The notes below the pieces were generated by a model, which made no database searches, had not been told where the DNA came from, and saw only the letters and a list, made by a program, of their open reading frames with translations. From an uncultured Anaerolineae bacterium (lineage in GTDB: Bacteria > Chloroflexota > Anaerolineae > J036 > Brachytrichaceae), in NCBI GenBank assembly GCA_938034415.1, contig CALHLE010000030.1, positions 3,708-67,707 on the forward strand: DNA of 64,000 nt, given 5' to 3'. The position numbers were made by a program, and so were the translations under genes. This document shows, piece by piece, positions 38,379-51,082 of this stretch (position 1 is the stretch's first letter; the number at the start of each line of letters is the position of its first letter).

Positions 38379-39362
38379 ATGAGGATGAACGCTACCCTTA
38401 CTGCCATTCCCGGATTGCGGGTGGGCCACTGGACGGACTTGGACGCAGGCACCGGCTGCACCGTAGTGTTGTGTCCGCAGGGCGCAGTGGCCGGCGTGGA
38501 CGTTCGCGGCGGCGCGCCGGGCACGCGCGAGACAGCGCTGCTGTCGCCGACCTGCAGCGTGGAGCGGGTGCACGCCGTGCTGTTGAGCGGCGGCAGCGCC
38601 TATGGCCTTGCGGCGGCTGATGGCGTGATGCGCTGGCTGGAGGAACGCGGCTACGGCTTCGATGTGGGCGTGGCGAAGGTGCCCATCGTGCCGGCGGCGG
38701 TCTTGTTTGACCTGCCGGTCGGTCGCGCCGATGTACGGCCGGACGCAGCCGCGGGCTACGCGGCCTGTCAGGCCGCCACAGATGCCCCGGTCGCCCAGGG
38801 CAATGTTGGGGCAGGAACGGGCGCAAGCTGCGGCAAAGCGCTTGGCTTCGCGCGGGCCACCAAAGCCGGCCTCGGCTCGGCCGCGATTCGCCTCGCCGGC
38901 GGCGTCATCGTCGCTGCGCTGGCCGCCGTCAACGCCTTCGGTGACGTGATTGACCCGCAGAGCGGGCGCATCCTCGCCGGCGCGCGCCAGCTCGATGACG
39001 ACGGCTTCGCCGACACGATGGCTTACCTGGCCAATGCCGACGGCCTGGCCATTGCGCGCCTGGCCGAACATCGGCGCGGGCAAAACACTACCCTGGCTGT
39101 CGTGGCGACCAATGCCTCACTGTCCAAATCGCACATGACCAAAGTCGCCCAGATGGCGCACGACGGCCTGGCCCGCGTCATCCGCCCGATTCACACCATG
39201 CTCGATGGCGATGCGATCTTTGCCTTGTCGCTAGGCGAGCAACGCGCCGACGTGAGCGTGATCGGCGCGTTGGCTGCGGAAGCCGTGGCGCAGGCTGTCG
39301 TCAATGCGGTATGGGCGGCTGAGCCTTTGGGCGGGTTGCCCTGCGCGCGCGGCCTGGCATAG
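38379..39362 (+). CDS. P1/S58 family peptidase (DmpA-like)
   Basis: GGAPGTRET, SGGSAYGL, GNVGAGTG, QNTT autoproteolytic site, DGDAIF. Confidence 0.92.
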   Translation: MRMNATLTAIPGLRVGHWTDLDAGTGCTVVLCPQGAVAGVDVRGGAPGTRETALLSPTCSVERVHAVLLSGGSAYGLAAADGVMRWLEERGYGFDVGVAKVPIVPAAVLFDLPVGRADVRPDAAAGYAACQAATDAPVAQGNVGAGTGASCGKALGFARATKAGLGSAAIRLAGGVIVAALAAVNAFGDVIDPQSGRILAGARQLDDDGFADTMAYLANADGLAIARLAEHRRGQNTTLAVVATNASLSKSHMTKVAQMAHDGLARVIRPIHTMLDGDAIFALSLGEQRADVSVIGALAAEAVAQAVVNAVWAAEPLGGLPCARGLA

Positions 39363-39395
39363 GGCGATCCCCTGCGCCTAAACCGGTGCTTGGTG

Positions 39396-39947
39396 TTACC
39401 GCCTGCGCGCTTTGATAGACGCTTCGACTGCGACGACGACGATGGGGATGATGATGGCGCAGCCGACCAGCTCGATCAGCGCTTGTGGGACGACGGCTGG
39501 GATGATCGAAGCGGGCACCTGGCCGAGCAGGATGGCGATGCCGACGGCGGTGACGGTGTTCGTCAGCGCGCCGACGGTGCCTGCGGCGGCGCCGGCCGCT
39601 GCCGTGCTGCTGCGCCGGCGCTTCAGCGCGCGATACACGGCCCACGCGGCGAGCGCAAATAGCAACCGCGGCACGATCAGCGTGATCGGCCCAAAGGCCG
39701 CCGTTGCCGGCAGGATCAGATAGATGATGCCCATGATCAACCCCGCAAACATCCCGACGACCGGCCCGCCGATGATCGCGCCGAGGATGACCGGGATGAG
39801 CAGCGTCGTCATTGCGCCGCTCAGGTTCGGCACCGGGATTGAGCCGATGCCGACGACCTGCAACGCGACGACCATCGCGCCAAAGATCGCTGCCAGGACG
39901 ATAGTGCGGGTGTTGACCGTCCAGGGTCTCGCAGCAGTCGAAATCAT
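39396..39947 (-). CDS. ECF transporter S component (PanT-like)
   Basis: Six TM segments; IPVILGAIIGGP, VPRLL, GALTNTV. Confidence 0.82.
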   Translation of the reverse strand: MISTAARPWTVNTRTIVLAAIFGAMVVALQVVGIGSIPVPNLSGAMTTLLIPVILGAIIGGPVVGMFAGLIMGIIYLILPATAAFGPITLIVPRLLFALAAWAVYRALKRRRSSTAAAGAAAGTVGALTNTVTAVGIAILLGQVPASIIPAVVPQALIELVGCAIIIPIVVVAVEASIKARRR

Positions 39948-40037
39948 GTGTTGTCGCTTCTCCTCTTGAAAGTGTGTCTGTGGGCTTTACAATCCGGGGC
40001 AACCCCGAAACTTGCCTAAGCTGAGAATTCGCCGCCC

Positions 40038-41573
40038 GTGTCTATTCATATTGCCGACTTGAGCTATATCTACGCCGAGCGCACCGCGTCGGCGCTGCGC
40101 GACGTCACCCTTGACTTTCGACCCGGCCAGGTCGCGCTGGTCGTCGGCAGGAGCGGCAGTGGCAAGACGACGCTCATCCGATGCATCAACGGGCTGATCC
40201 CGCACAGCTACAAAGATGGAACGCTGCGCGGCGAGATTCACCTTTTTGGGGAGTGTACTGCCGGCCTGTCGTTGGCGCAATTGGCGCGGCGGGTCGGCAC
40301 CGTCATGCAAGAACCCGACAAGCAGATCGTCGCCGCGCGCGTGATGAACGAGATCGCCTTTGGGCTGGAGAACATCGGCCTGCCCCGCGCGCAGATCATC
40401 GCTCGCATCCACGAGGCCGCGCGCCAGTTGCGCATCGAACATCTGCTCGACCGCGACACGCATTCGCTGAGCGGCGGCGAGCAGCAGAAAGTGGTGATCG
40501 CCGCGACGCTGGCGATGCAGCCGCGCGCGTTGCTGTTGGACGAGCCGCTGGCGTCGCTCGACCCGCCATCAGCCCGTGCAGCCTTGAGACTCTTTCGCCG
40601 GCTGGCCGATGAAGGCATCGCCGTCATCCTGGTCGAGCATCGCACGGCCGAGGCGCTGCACGTCGCGCCGGAGCACTGTGTGGCGCTGCGCGACGGCGAG
40701 GTGGCCTTCGACGGCGACGCAGCCGGCTTTCGCGCCTGGCGCGAGGCCAGGCGTGGGATGCAAGACGACGGCGCGCCCTCTGAGCTGCGCCGTCCGTCCT
40801 CCGCCAACGGCGCGCCGCTGCTCTCGTTCCACGACGTGCATTTCGCTTATCCCGGCGCGCCAGTTGAGCAGCTCGGCGGCGTGTCGCTAGACGTGCGCGA
40901 AGGCGACCTGATCGCCTTAATGGGGCCGAACGGCGCCGGAAAGTCCACGCTGTGCAAGATGGCCATTGGCCTGCTGCGCCCTGCCCGCGGCCAAGTGATC
41001 GTCATGAACGAGGACGCTGCGCACCTCACCGTGGCGCAGCTCGCCCGCAGGGTGGGCTACGTGTTTCAAAATCCGGCAGCCATGTTGTTCGCGAATACGC
41101 TGCGCGAGGAGTTGAGCTTCGGCCCGCGCAACGTGGGCATGCCGGAGGCGCGCATTCAACAGGCCACCGCCGAGGCGCTGGAAATGGTCGGATTGAGCCA
41201 CCTGTCCCTCGACCAGTCGCCGTTCGGGTTGAGCTTCGGCCAGCAGAAGCGCGTCGCCGTCGCCGGCGTGCTGGCGATGCAGCCGCATGTGCTGATCCTC
41301 GACGAGCCAACCGCCGGGCTGGATGACGACACGGCGGAAGATCTGTTGCGCCGGCTGTTGCGGGCGGAACGCGGGCCGCGGGCGATTGTCATGGTGACGC
41401 ACGATGCGGCGCTGGCGCGGCGCTTCGCCAATCGCGTCGTGCTGATGGCCGGCGGGCGCATCGTCGCCGATGGGCCGCCGGGCGACACGCTGGACAACGA
41501 CGCCGCGATGCGGCGGGCAGGGTTGCTCATAGATGAGCTTCCGGCGGGGGAGTGGGATCGCCATGCGCATTGA
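40038..41573 (+). CDS. ECF transporter duplicated ATPase (EcfA-EcfA' fusion)
   Basis: Two Walker A motifs (GRSGSGKT, GPNGAGKS), LSGGEQQ / LSFGQQK, LDEP twice. Confidence 0.93.
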   Translation: MSIHIADLSYIYAERTASALRDVTLDFRPGQVALVVGRSGSGKTTLIRCINGLIPHSYKDGTLRGEIHLFGECTAGLSLAQLARRVGTVMQEPDKQIVAARVMNEIAFGLENIGLPRAQIIARIHEAARQLRIEHLLDRDTHSLSGGEQQKVVIAATLAMQPRALLLDEPLASLDPPSARAALRLFRRLADEGIAVILVEHRTAEALHVAPEHCVALRDGEVAFDGDAAGFRAWREARRGMQDDGAPSELRRPSSANGAPLLSFHDVHFAYPGAPVEQLGGVSLDVREGDLIALMGPNGAGKSTLCKMAIGLLRPARGQVIVMNEDAAHLTVAQLARRVGYVFQNPAAMLFANTLREELSFGPRNVGMPEARIQQATAEALEMVGLSHLSLDQSPFGLSFGQQKRVAVAGVLAMQPHVLILDEPTAGLDDDTAEDLLRRLLRAERGPRAIVMVTHDAALARRFANRVVLMAGGRIVADGPPGDTLDNDAAMRRAGLLIDELPAGEWDRHAH

Positions 41574-42264
41574 ATCCTTCGATCCGCGCGCGCGGGTGAT
41601 CTTTTACGTGTGCCTGACCACAGCCGTGCTGGTGGTGAACGATTGGCGCGCCCTGGTCGGCTTGGCGATCCTCAGCGGCGGCGCGCTGATCTTCGCGCGC
41701 GTGCCGTGGGAACGGATGAAGCGCATCTGGCTGGGCGCGGTGGTCTTCATCGCGTTGATCACCGCGCTCAATTTGCTGTTCCGCTCGCCGACGGAAGCCG
41801 CGCAGCAAGCGTTGCGCGCCGTCGCTATGGCCGCGGCGTCGCTGGCGATCGTGCTCACGTTCGACCCGGCCGAACTAGGCATCACCTTTCGTCGCATGGG
41901 CTTTCCCGATAAGTTTGCGTTCGCCCTAGACTTGACCGCGCGTTTTGTGCCTACGCTCATCCGCGACTTCCAGATCACGATAGACGCGCAAAAGGCGCGC
42001 GGCTACGAGTTGGAGCTGCGCGACCGCAGCTTGAAGAGCATCCTCACCGTGGGGCGGCGCTTTGCGCCCATCATCGTGCCGGTCGTCGTGCGGGCCGTGC
42101 TAGATGCCGAAGACCGCGCTAACGCGATGGATCTGCGCGCCTTCGGCACAGGGCCGCGCACCTGGCTGCAAACGCTGCATCTGCGGCCGCGCGACTACGC
42201 GCTGATTGCGGCCTCGTTCGCGCTGCTGGCCGGCGGCGTCGCGGCGCGGTGGCTGCTGGGCTGA
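41563..42264 (+). CDS. ecfT: ECF transporter transmembrane component EcfT
   Basis: DPRARV, RFVP, AQKARG, AMDLRAF. Confidence 0.9.
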   Translation: MRIESFDPRARVIFYVCLTTAVLVVNDWRALVGLAILSGGALIFARVPWERMKRIWLGAVVFIALITALNLLFRSPTEAAQQALRAVAMAAASLAIVLTFDPAELGITFRRMGFPDKFAFALDLTARFVPTLIRDFQITIDAQKARGYELELRDRSLKSILTVGRRFAPIIVPVVVRAVLDAEDRANAMDLRAFGTGPRTWLQTLHLRPRDYALIAASFALLAGGVAARWLLG

Positions 42265-42271
42265 ACGGCGC

Positions 42272-43720
42272 TCAGCGCTCCAGGATTTGTCGGCGCGCTA
42301 ATTCTGCGTCTTCCTTGCTCGCCAGCAGCGTCAGCGTGTCGTTGGCTTCGATCACTGTGCTGCCGGTCGGCACGATGTGGTTGCCGTCCCGTGTGATCAG
42401 CACGATCAGCGCGCCTTTTGGCAGGCGCAGATCCACGATTTGTTTGCCCACCGCCGGCGACGTCACGCTGATGCGGATGTCAATCGTCCGCGCGCGCGAG
42501 CCGTCTATCACGCGGATGGTCGGCGGCGGGCGGCGCTCCGTGGGCAGGTTCAGCCCCAGCCAGTTCGCCACCAGCGACACCGAGGTGCCCTGGAGCAGGA
42601 CCGAGGTCAGCACCACGAAGAAGACCAGGTTGAAAATCAGGCCGGCTTGCGGCAAACCGGCTACCAGTGGGAAGGTGGCCAGGATGATCGGCGCTGCGCC
42701 GCGCAAGCCGACCCACGAGATCAACGCGAGTTCGCGCAGCGACATGCGCGCCCAGCACAGGGACAGGAAGACGGCGATCGGCCGCGCCACAAAGACCAAG
42801 AAGGCTGCGCTGAGCAAGGCCACGCCGGTGAGCGGGAGCAGCCGCGAGGGGAACACCAACAGGCCGAGGGTGAGGAACATGGCGATCTGCATCAGCCAGG
42901 CCAGGCCATCGTGGAAGCGCGACAAGCTGCGCTTGTGGATGAAGTCCTGGTTTCCCATGAACAGGCCGCACAGGTAAACCGCGAGGAAGCCGTTGCCGCC
43001 GACGATCGCCGTAGCGCTGTAGGCGACCAGCACGATGGCGATCGTGATGATCACGTAGAGGCCGTCCGCCTGCAGCCGAATGCGATTCATCACGCGCACG
43101 CCCAGGTAGCCGATCGCCAGCCCGAATGCCGCGCCGAGCGACATCTGCAACAGGAACATCGGCAATAGGCTGAGCACACTCCCGCCCGGCGTCGTCAGTA
43201 GGCTGATCATGCCGATCGTTAGAAAGACCGCCATCGGGTCGTTGCTGCCGGATTCCAGCTCAATCAGCGGTTCGAGGTTGCCGGCCAGTCGGGTGGATCG
43301 CATGCGCATCAGGCTGAACACTGCGGCGGCGTCGGTGGACGAGATGATCGCGCCGAACAACAGCCCTTCCAGTAAAGAAAAGCCCAACGCGGCCGTCGCA
43401 AACAAGCCCACAACCAGCGCCGTGATGAGCACGCCGGCCGTCGCCAGCGCCAAGCCGTGCTTCAGCACTGGCTTGATTTCACCCCAGGCTGTGTCCAGGC
43501 CGCCGGAGAACAAGATGAAGATGAGCGCCACCACGCCGACCGACTGCGCCAGTTGCGGGTCGTCGAAATAGATGCCGCCGACGCCCTCGGAGCCGGCTAA
43601 CACGCCGATCGCCAGGAACAGCACCAGCGCGGGCACGCCAAGCACGCTCGACGCCTTGCTGGCCAGTATGCTCAAGGCCAGCAGGCCAGCGATGATGAGC
43701 AAGAGCTGCTCAATGGGCAT
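42272..43720 (-). CDS. cvrA: K+/H+ antiporter (CvrA/NhaP2) with TrkA-C domain
   Basis: GSEGVGGI, SSTDAAAVF, ELESGSNDPMA, WVGLRGAAPI. Confidence 0.92.
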   Translation of the reverse strand: MPIEQLLLIIAGLLALSILASKASSVLGVPALVLFLAIGVLAGSEGVGGIYFDDPQLAQSVGVVALIFILFSGGLDTAWGEIKPVLKHGLALATAGVLITALVVGLFATAALGFSLLEGLLFGAIISSTDAAAVFSLMRMRSTRLAGNLEPLIELESGSNDPMAVFLTIGMISLLTTPGGSVLSLLPMFLLQMSLGAAFGLAIGYLGVRVMNRIRLQADGLYVIITIAIVLVAYSATAIVGGNGFLAVYLCGLFMGNQDFIHKRSLSRFHDGLAWLMQIAMFLTLGLLVFPSRLLPLTGVALLSAAFLVFVARPIAVFLSLCWARMSLRELALISWVGLRGAAPIILATFPLVAGLPQAGLIFNLVFFVVLTSVLLQGTSVSLVANWLGLNLPTERRPPPTIRVIDGSRARTIDIRISVTSPAVGKQIVDLRLPKGALIVLITRDGNHIVPTGSTVIEANDTLTLLASKEDAELARRQILER

Positions 43721-43791
43721 AAGAGCTCTATTTTAGGATGGCCGAACACTCAGCAGGGGGAGCAGGCGCGGCAGCGGCGCGCTTGGGTTGC

Positions 43792-45438
43792 TCAACGCAT
43801 CACAATCGGCGCGAACGACTTGTGAGGGTACGCAGACGCGGGCACATACTCGAAGGCGCCCAAGTCGCACGCGCCGAAGCGCCCCACGCCGCGCTGGTCT
43901 TGCGGAGGGCAGTTCGCGCCGGCGTCAATCGCCGGGCTGCCGGGCAACAGCGCCAGCGTCGGCAGCGGCCCCCCGTTATTGGCGACGCCGGCTGCGAGCA
44001 GCGGGTTGGCCCGTGTGATGCCGGCGATGCAATCCGCCCCGCTGGGGCTTTGCAAGTTGGGGCTGCCGCTCAGCGCGCCGAAGCACTGCACGGACGTGTG
44101 ACCTCCGCCGAGCTGGTTGTCGGCGATGATCACGTTGCGCAGTTGCGCGTTGGCCGGCGAGCCGCTGGCGTTGTAAATCCCGCCGCCGAACTCGTCGGCG
44201 TGGTTGTAGGCCACCGTCAGGTTGATGGCGGTGACTTGCCCGCCCTCGATGTGCAGCCCGCCGCCGCTGCCCCGGTTGGTCGCCAGCGCGTCGGCGCGGT
44301 TGTGGGCGATGGTGAGGTTGACCAGCGTGGCGGTGCTCCAGGCGGTGTAGGTGGTGCTTTGCGCGATGCGGATCGCGCCGCCGTTCTGCTCGGAGCGGTT
44401 GCCGACAAAGGTGGAGTTGCGCAGCGTGAGCGGGCCGTTGTGGTGCATCAGCGCGCCGCCGTTGGCGCTGATGCCGCCGTAGCGGGCATACACCGTGTTG
44501 CTCATGAACAAGCTGCCCTCGATGGTCGAGCGGTCGGGGTAGTAGAGGTAGGTGTACACCGCGCCGCCGTGGTTGCGCGCCTGGTTGCCCACGAAGACGC
44601 TATCGCGGATGATCACTTCGCCGCCGATCCCCTCATTGCCGATGCCGGAGTGTCGGCTGGCGCCGTCGTTGTAGATGGCGCCGCCGAAGCCGAAGTTGAC
44701 GCTGGCGTTGCTGCCCGGCGTGCTGTCGTTGTTGCGGAAGGTGGAGCGCAGCACGGTGATCGGGCAGCGCAGGTTGTTGATCGCGCCGCCGTTGATCCCG
44801 CGATTGCGCTCGAACAAGCTGTCCTCGACGTGTAACGCGCCGTAGTGCATCGAGATCGCGCCGCCGCCGCCTTCGCGGTTCTCGGCGGTGCTGTCGTTGT
44901 CGCGGAACACGCTGTTGTAGATGCGGACGCGCGCGTTGTAGCCGACGGCGCGGAGCGCTCCGCCGCGATTGCTGTAGCCGTTCGCCAGTGTGAGGTTGCG
45001 CAGCGTCAGCGTGACGGGCGCGCTCGCGCTGTTCAAGTAGCTCACGTCGAAGAAGAGGATGCGCGCGCTGCCGCTGCCGCTGAGCGTGACCTGGCCGCCC
45101 TGCGCGGGGCCGCCGCCGTCAATCTCAGTGGTTTTGGAGATCGCGAGCGAGCTGCTCAGGGTGATGGTGACCGGGTTCGGGCCGCAGTTGAAGGTGACCA
45201 ACCCGCCGCCGATGAGCGCGGCCCGCAGCGCGGCCTCGGTGCAACTGGCTGGTGTGCCGCTGCCTACCACCCCGCCGGCGTGAGCCTCCGCAGCCGCCCA
45301 GAGCGAAGCTATGCAAGAAAAGACCAGAAGGGTCAAACTGCACAGTGCGCGGCGGAGATGGCGCGCAGATGCCTGCCGTGGGCGACAGCCGCTGAACCGC
45401 TGCCGCAGGTGATCCGGGAAGAATGCTCGATTGCGCAC
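43792..45438 (-). CDS. Secreted parallel beta-helix (GGAI/F..N repeat, choice-of-anchor Q-like) protein
   Basis: Signal ending AEAHA, CTEAAL..A, multiple GGAI and FxxN repeats, GSPAIDAG...DQRG...CDLGAFE. Confidence 0.82.
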   Translation of the reverse strand: MRNRAFFPDHLRQRFSGCRPRQASARHLRRALCSLTLLVFSCIASLWAAAEAHAGGVVGSGTPASCTEAALRAALIGGGLVTFNCGPNPVTITLSSSLAISKTTEIDGGGPAQGGQVTLSGSGSARILFFDVSYLNSASAPVTLTLRNLTLANGYSNRGGALRAVGYNARVRIYNSVFRDNDSTAENREGGGGAISMHYGALHVEDSLFERNRGINGGAINNLRCPITVLRSTFRNNDSTPGSNASVNFGFGGAIYNDGASRHSGIGNEGIGGEVIIRDSVFVGNQARNHGGAVYTYLYYPDRSTIEGSLFMSNTVYARYGGISANGGALMHHNGPLTLRNSTFVGNRSEQNGGAIRIAQSTTYTAWSTATLVNLTIAHNRADALATNRGSGGGLHIEGGQVTAINLTVAYNHADEFGGGIYNASGSPANAQLRNVIIADNQLGGGHTSVQCFGALSGSPNLQSPSGADCIAGITRANPLLAAGVANNGGPLPTLALLPGSPAIDAGANCPPQDQRGVGRFGACDLGAFEYVPASAYPHKSFAPIVMR

Positions 45439-45562
45439 GTCGGACTCTAAAGGGGTATGCCTTCCTGGAAGCCCATCATTCTAAGCCGACTTGCGCTCGT
45501 CTTCATGTGGGACGAGGGCCGTTTGGGGGCAGTGGGCTTCGCCCATCCCTGCGCAGGATAGG

Positions 45563-46462
45563 CTATGGAAACGCGCAAGCGCCGGGCGGGCCGGGCGGCA
45601 AGTCGCTCGCCGTGTAGCGTTGCGGATAATGTATCTGGTTAGGGCGCGGCTGGACGAGATAGCTGCGCGCTAAGCGTTCGCCCTCGGCCAGCATCGCTTC
45701 GGTCTTCGAGAAATCGCCCAGTTGCAGGTTTGCGTAGGCCGGCAGCGCGATGTGATGCACGATGACGCCCGGCGTTTGCACTGCGATCTCCAACTCGCGC
45801 AGCGCCTGGCCGTAGAGTGGCCGTTTGATGGCATAGCCGGCGATCTCGAAAGCGCTTCTCAGCGGCGCGCCGTCATCTACCTCGAAAGACAGGTCGAGCG
45901 CCCAAATCTCGGTTGCGCCGCGCGCCAGCGCCACCCGGACCGGCAGGTTGGAGATCACCCCGCCGTCCACGAACGCTTGACCGTTGTAATACGAGGGCGG
46001 AAAGAAGCCCGGCACCGCCGCGCTGGTGAGCACGGCGTCAACCAGCGGCGCGCTTGGGTCGTCCCCATAGAGATACAGCGTGAGCGTCCGCAGGTGGCAG
46101 ATGGTCACGTAGAGCGGGATTCGCAGGTCGCCGAAAGTGCGCACGTGATTCGGCAGCGTCTTTTCGATGTAAGCGCGGATGCGTCGGCTATCGGCCAGAT
46201 GGTCGCTGCCGTACAGCGCCTTGAGCATCGAGCGCAGCGGCGAGCTGCTGAATAGCTTGCGCCGACCGGCGTCGCGCCAGAGCTGGATCATGCGCTCGGC
46301 CTGGGCGAGCGTTGGCTCGGCAGCCAGGTAGGCGCCGTGCAGCGCGCCCACGGATGAGCCGACGACCATGTCGGGCACCAAGCCATGGCGCAGCAAGGCC
46401 TTGACGGCGCCGGCTTGCAACGGCCCGCGATTACCGCCGCCGGAGAGGACGAATGCGCGCAC
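45563..46462 (-). CDS. Patatin-like phospholipase
   Basis: GGGNRG, GSSVG nucleophile elbow, DGG. Confidence 0.9.
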   Translation of the reverse strand: MRAFVLSGGGNRGPLQAGAVKALLRHGLVPDMVVGSSVGALHGAYLAAEPTLAQAERMIQLWRDAGRRKLFSSSPLRSMLKALYGSDHLADSRRIRAYIEKTLPNHVRTFGDLRIPLYVTICHLRTLTLYLYGDDPSAPLVDAVLTSAAVPGFFPPSYYNGQAFVDGGVISNLPVRVALARGATEIWALDLSFEVDDGAPLRSAFEIAGYAIKRPLYGQALRELEIAVQTPGVIVHHIALPAYANLQLGDFSKTEAMLAEGERLARSYLVQPRPNQIHYPQRYTASDLPPGPPGACAFP

Positions 46463-46509
46463 AGAGGATGGAGGTCAGACCGCTTTAAGCGGTCTGACCT
46501 CTTGAGCGT

Positions 46510-48618
<2,109 letters not shown>

Positions 48619-48716
48619 GAACGAACTCCTTATACTCTTCAAACTACGGCTCTTTGATTGTAGTATTGCCCCCAATCAAAACAAGCCAAATAGGTTTAGA
48701 GTTTGGTGAGAACATC

Positions 48717-50246
48717 GTGATAATCTTGCTTGGCTTAGGCCCCGGAAGCGCAAACCTGCTGACGCGGGAGGCCTGGGAAGTGCTCAGCGCGGCCGAGCGC
48801 GTCTACCTGCGAACGCGGCAGCACCCGGCCGTCGCCGGTCTGCCGGCTCACCTCGCGCTACAGGACTTCGACGCGCTCTATGACAGCGCAACCAGCTTCG
48901 ACGAAGTATACGCTCGAATCGCCGAGGCGATCATCGCTGCGGCCCAGACGACGCCCGGTGACATCGTGTATGCTGTGCCGGGTCATCCTCTCGTCGGCGA
49001 GGCCAGCGTGTGGCTGATCCTCCGGCGCGCCCAGCAGCTCGGCATCCCCACCCGCATCGTCGGCGGGATAAGCTTCATCGAACCCACGCTGGAGGCTTTG
49101 AGCGAGGCATTTGTCGCTTCGCGTTCAGGTCGCAGCGCGGCCGCGCCGACTCAAGATGCGCACCCTGATACGCGAAACGACTCGCTCGACCCGCTAGACG
49201 GCTTGCAGATCGGTGACGCGCTGGAGGTCGCTGCACTGCATCATCCGCCCCTAAACCCGGATAAGCCGGCGCTGATCGCCCAAATCTACTCGCGCGCCGT
49301 CGCCTCCGACGTTAAGCTGACGTTGATGAATCAGTATCCGCCGGAGCATCCCGTTTTCGTCGTCCGCGGCGGCGGGCAAGCCCCGGCGTCCTGTCATCGG
49401 GTCTCATTGTCGCAGCTCGACCACGCCGAGCTGTTCGACCATCTGACGTCGCTCTACGTGCCGCCGCTGCCGCGCCCGGGCGGCTTCGAGTCGCTCCAGG
49501 AGACAATCGCGCACCTGCGCGCGCCGGAGGGCTGCCCGTGGGATCGCGAACAGACGCACGAGTCGCTGCGCAGCACGCTGCTTGAGGAGACCTACGAGGT
49601 GTTGACGGCCATTGACGCCGGCGACCTGGACGCGCTCAGAGAAGAGCTGGGGGACTTGCTGCTCAACGTAGTGCTGCAATGCCAGATCGCCACCGAAGCC
49701 GAGGAGTTTCGCATGTGCGACGTGATTGCCGAGGTGGACGCCAAGCTCCGCCGCCGGCATCCCCACGTGTTCGGCGATGTGGTCGTCAACGATGCCCAAG
49801 AAGTTATTGCCAACTGGAATGCCATCAAGCGCCAGGAGAAAGCGGCCAAGGGTGAGACGGGCGGTTCGGCGCTGGATGGCATCGCGCCGGCGCTGCCCGC
49901 CCTAGCCCAGGCGCAGAAGATGGCTCACCGCGCGGAGAAAGCCGGCTTTCGATGGAGCAGCCACGACGACCGGCTGGCCAAGGTGCGCGAGGAACTGGAG
50001 GAAGCGGTCAACGCCCGCGATGACGCGCATCGCGCCGAGGAGATCGGCGACCTGCTGTTCACTATCGCCGACTGGGCTGATGGCTATGGGATTGACGTCG
50101 AGGCCGCAGCGCGCGAGGCCAACCGCAAGTTCGCCCGTCGCTTCCGCGCGTTGGAGCGGATCGTCCGCGAGCGGGGGCTTGCGTTGAGCGCGATGAGCCA
50201 GGCCGAAATGCTCGCGATCTGGCGGGAGGTCAAGCAGGCAGAATGA
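48717..50246 (+). CDS. mazG: Tetrapyrrole-methylase-like/MazG fusion (YabN-type) nucleotide pyrophosphohydrolase
   Basis: GLGPG, YAVPGHP, LRAPEGCPWDREQTH, EETYE, EELGDLL, RRHPHVFG. Confidence 0.92.
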   Translation: MIILLGLGPGSANLLTREAWEVLSAAERVYLRTRQHPAVAGLPAHLALQDFDALYDSATSFDEVYARIAEAIIAAAQTTPGDIVYAVPGHPLVGEASVWLILRRAQQLGIPTRIVGGISFIEPTLEALSEAFVASRSGRSAAAPTQDAHPDTRNDSLDPLDGLQIGDALEVAALHHPPLNPDKPALIAQIYSRAVASDVKLTLMNQYPPEHPVFVVRGGGQAPASCHRVSLSQLDHAELFDHLTSLYVPPLPRPGGFESLQETIAHLRAPEGCPWDREQTHESLRSTLLEETYEVLTAIDAGDLDALREELGDLLLNVVLQCQIATEAEEFRMCDVIAEVDAKLRRRHPHVFGDVVVNDAQEVIANWNAIKRQEKAAKGETGGSALDGIAPALPALAQAQKMAHRAEKAGFRWSSHDDRLAKVREELEEAVNARDDAHRAEEIGDLLFTIADWADGYGIDVEAAAREANRKFARRFRALERIVRERGLALSAMSQAEMLAIWREVKQAE

Positions 50247-51076
50247 AGCTGGCCATCCTCAGCGACATTCACGGCAACTATCCGGCGCTGCTCAACGCCG
50301 TCGAACACGTCGAGGCGTGGCGACCGGATGTAGTCGTCGTCGCCGGCGACACCGTCAACCGGGGGCCTCGTTCGGCCGATTGTCTGAACCTGGTGCTGGC
50401 CAAAGCGCGTGAGGCCGGCTGGCTCATGGTCATCGGCAACCACGAGGAGTATGTGATCGCCCAGAGCAAGCCCGACTGCCCGACGAGCGGCCCCCAGGCC
50501 GAAATCCAGCGCGCCTCGCGCTGGACGTATGAGCAGTTGCATCATGACGTGTCGGCGCTGGAAGCGATGCCGTTTGCGCGCGAGCTGCCCGGGCCGGCCG
50601 GCGATGCGCGTATTACGCACGCCTCAATGCTCGGCACGCGCGATGGCGTGTATCCTCAGACGACCGACGACGAACTCCCGCCCAAGCTGGGGCAGCCGCT
50701 GCCGGCGGTGTTCTGCGTCGGGCACACGCACCAGCCGCTCACTCGGACGCTGAACGGCACGCTGGTCGTCAACGCCGGCTCGGTGGGGTTGCCGTTCGAC
50801 GGCGATTGGCGTTCCAGCTATGCGCAGGTGACCTGGCATGGCGGCCGTTGGCATGCCCGCATCGTGCGCTTAGCCTACGACCGGCAGCAGGCCGAGCGTG
50901 ATTTTTACCAGACCGGTTTCCTGGATGAAGGCGGGGCATTGGCGCGTGTGATGCTGCGCGAACTCCAAATCGCCTCGGGCTTGATCTACAGTTGGGCCAA
51001 GGAGTTCGAGCAAGCGGTGCGTAGTGGGGAGATCACCATCGAGCAGTCCGTTGAGCGCTTTCTCCGGCGATATTAG
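50243..51076 (+). CDS. Calcineurin-like metallophosphoesterase
   Basis: SDIHGN, GDTVNRG, GNHE, GHTH, NAGSVG. Confidence 0.9.
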   Translation: MKLAILSDIHGNYPALLNAVEHVEAWRPDVVVVAGDTVNRGPRSADCLNLVLAKAREAGWLMVIGNHEEYVIAQSKPDCPTSGPQAEIQRASRWTYEQLHHDVSALEAMPFARELPGPAGDARITHASMLGTRDGVYPQTTDDELPPKLGQPLPAVFCVGHTHQPLTRTLNGTLVVNAGSVGLPFDGDWRSSYAQVTWHGGRWHARIVRLAYDRQQAERDFYQTGFLDEGGALARVMLRELQIASGLIYSWAKEFEQAVRSGEITIEQSVERFLRRY

Positions 51077-51082
51077 CGTCAC

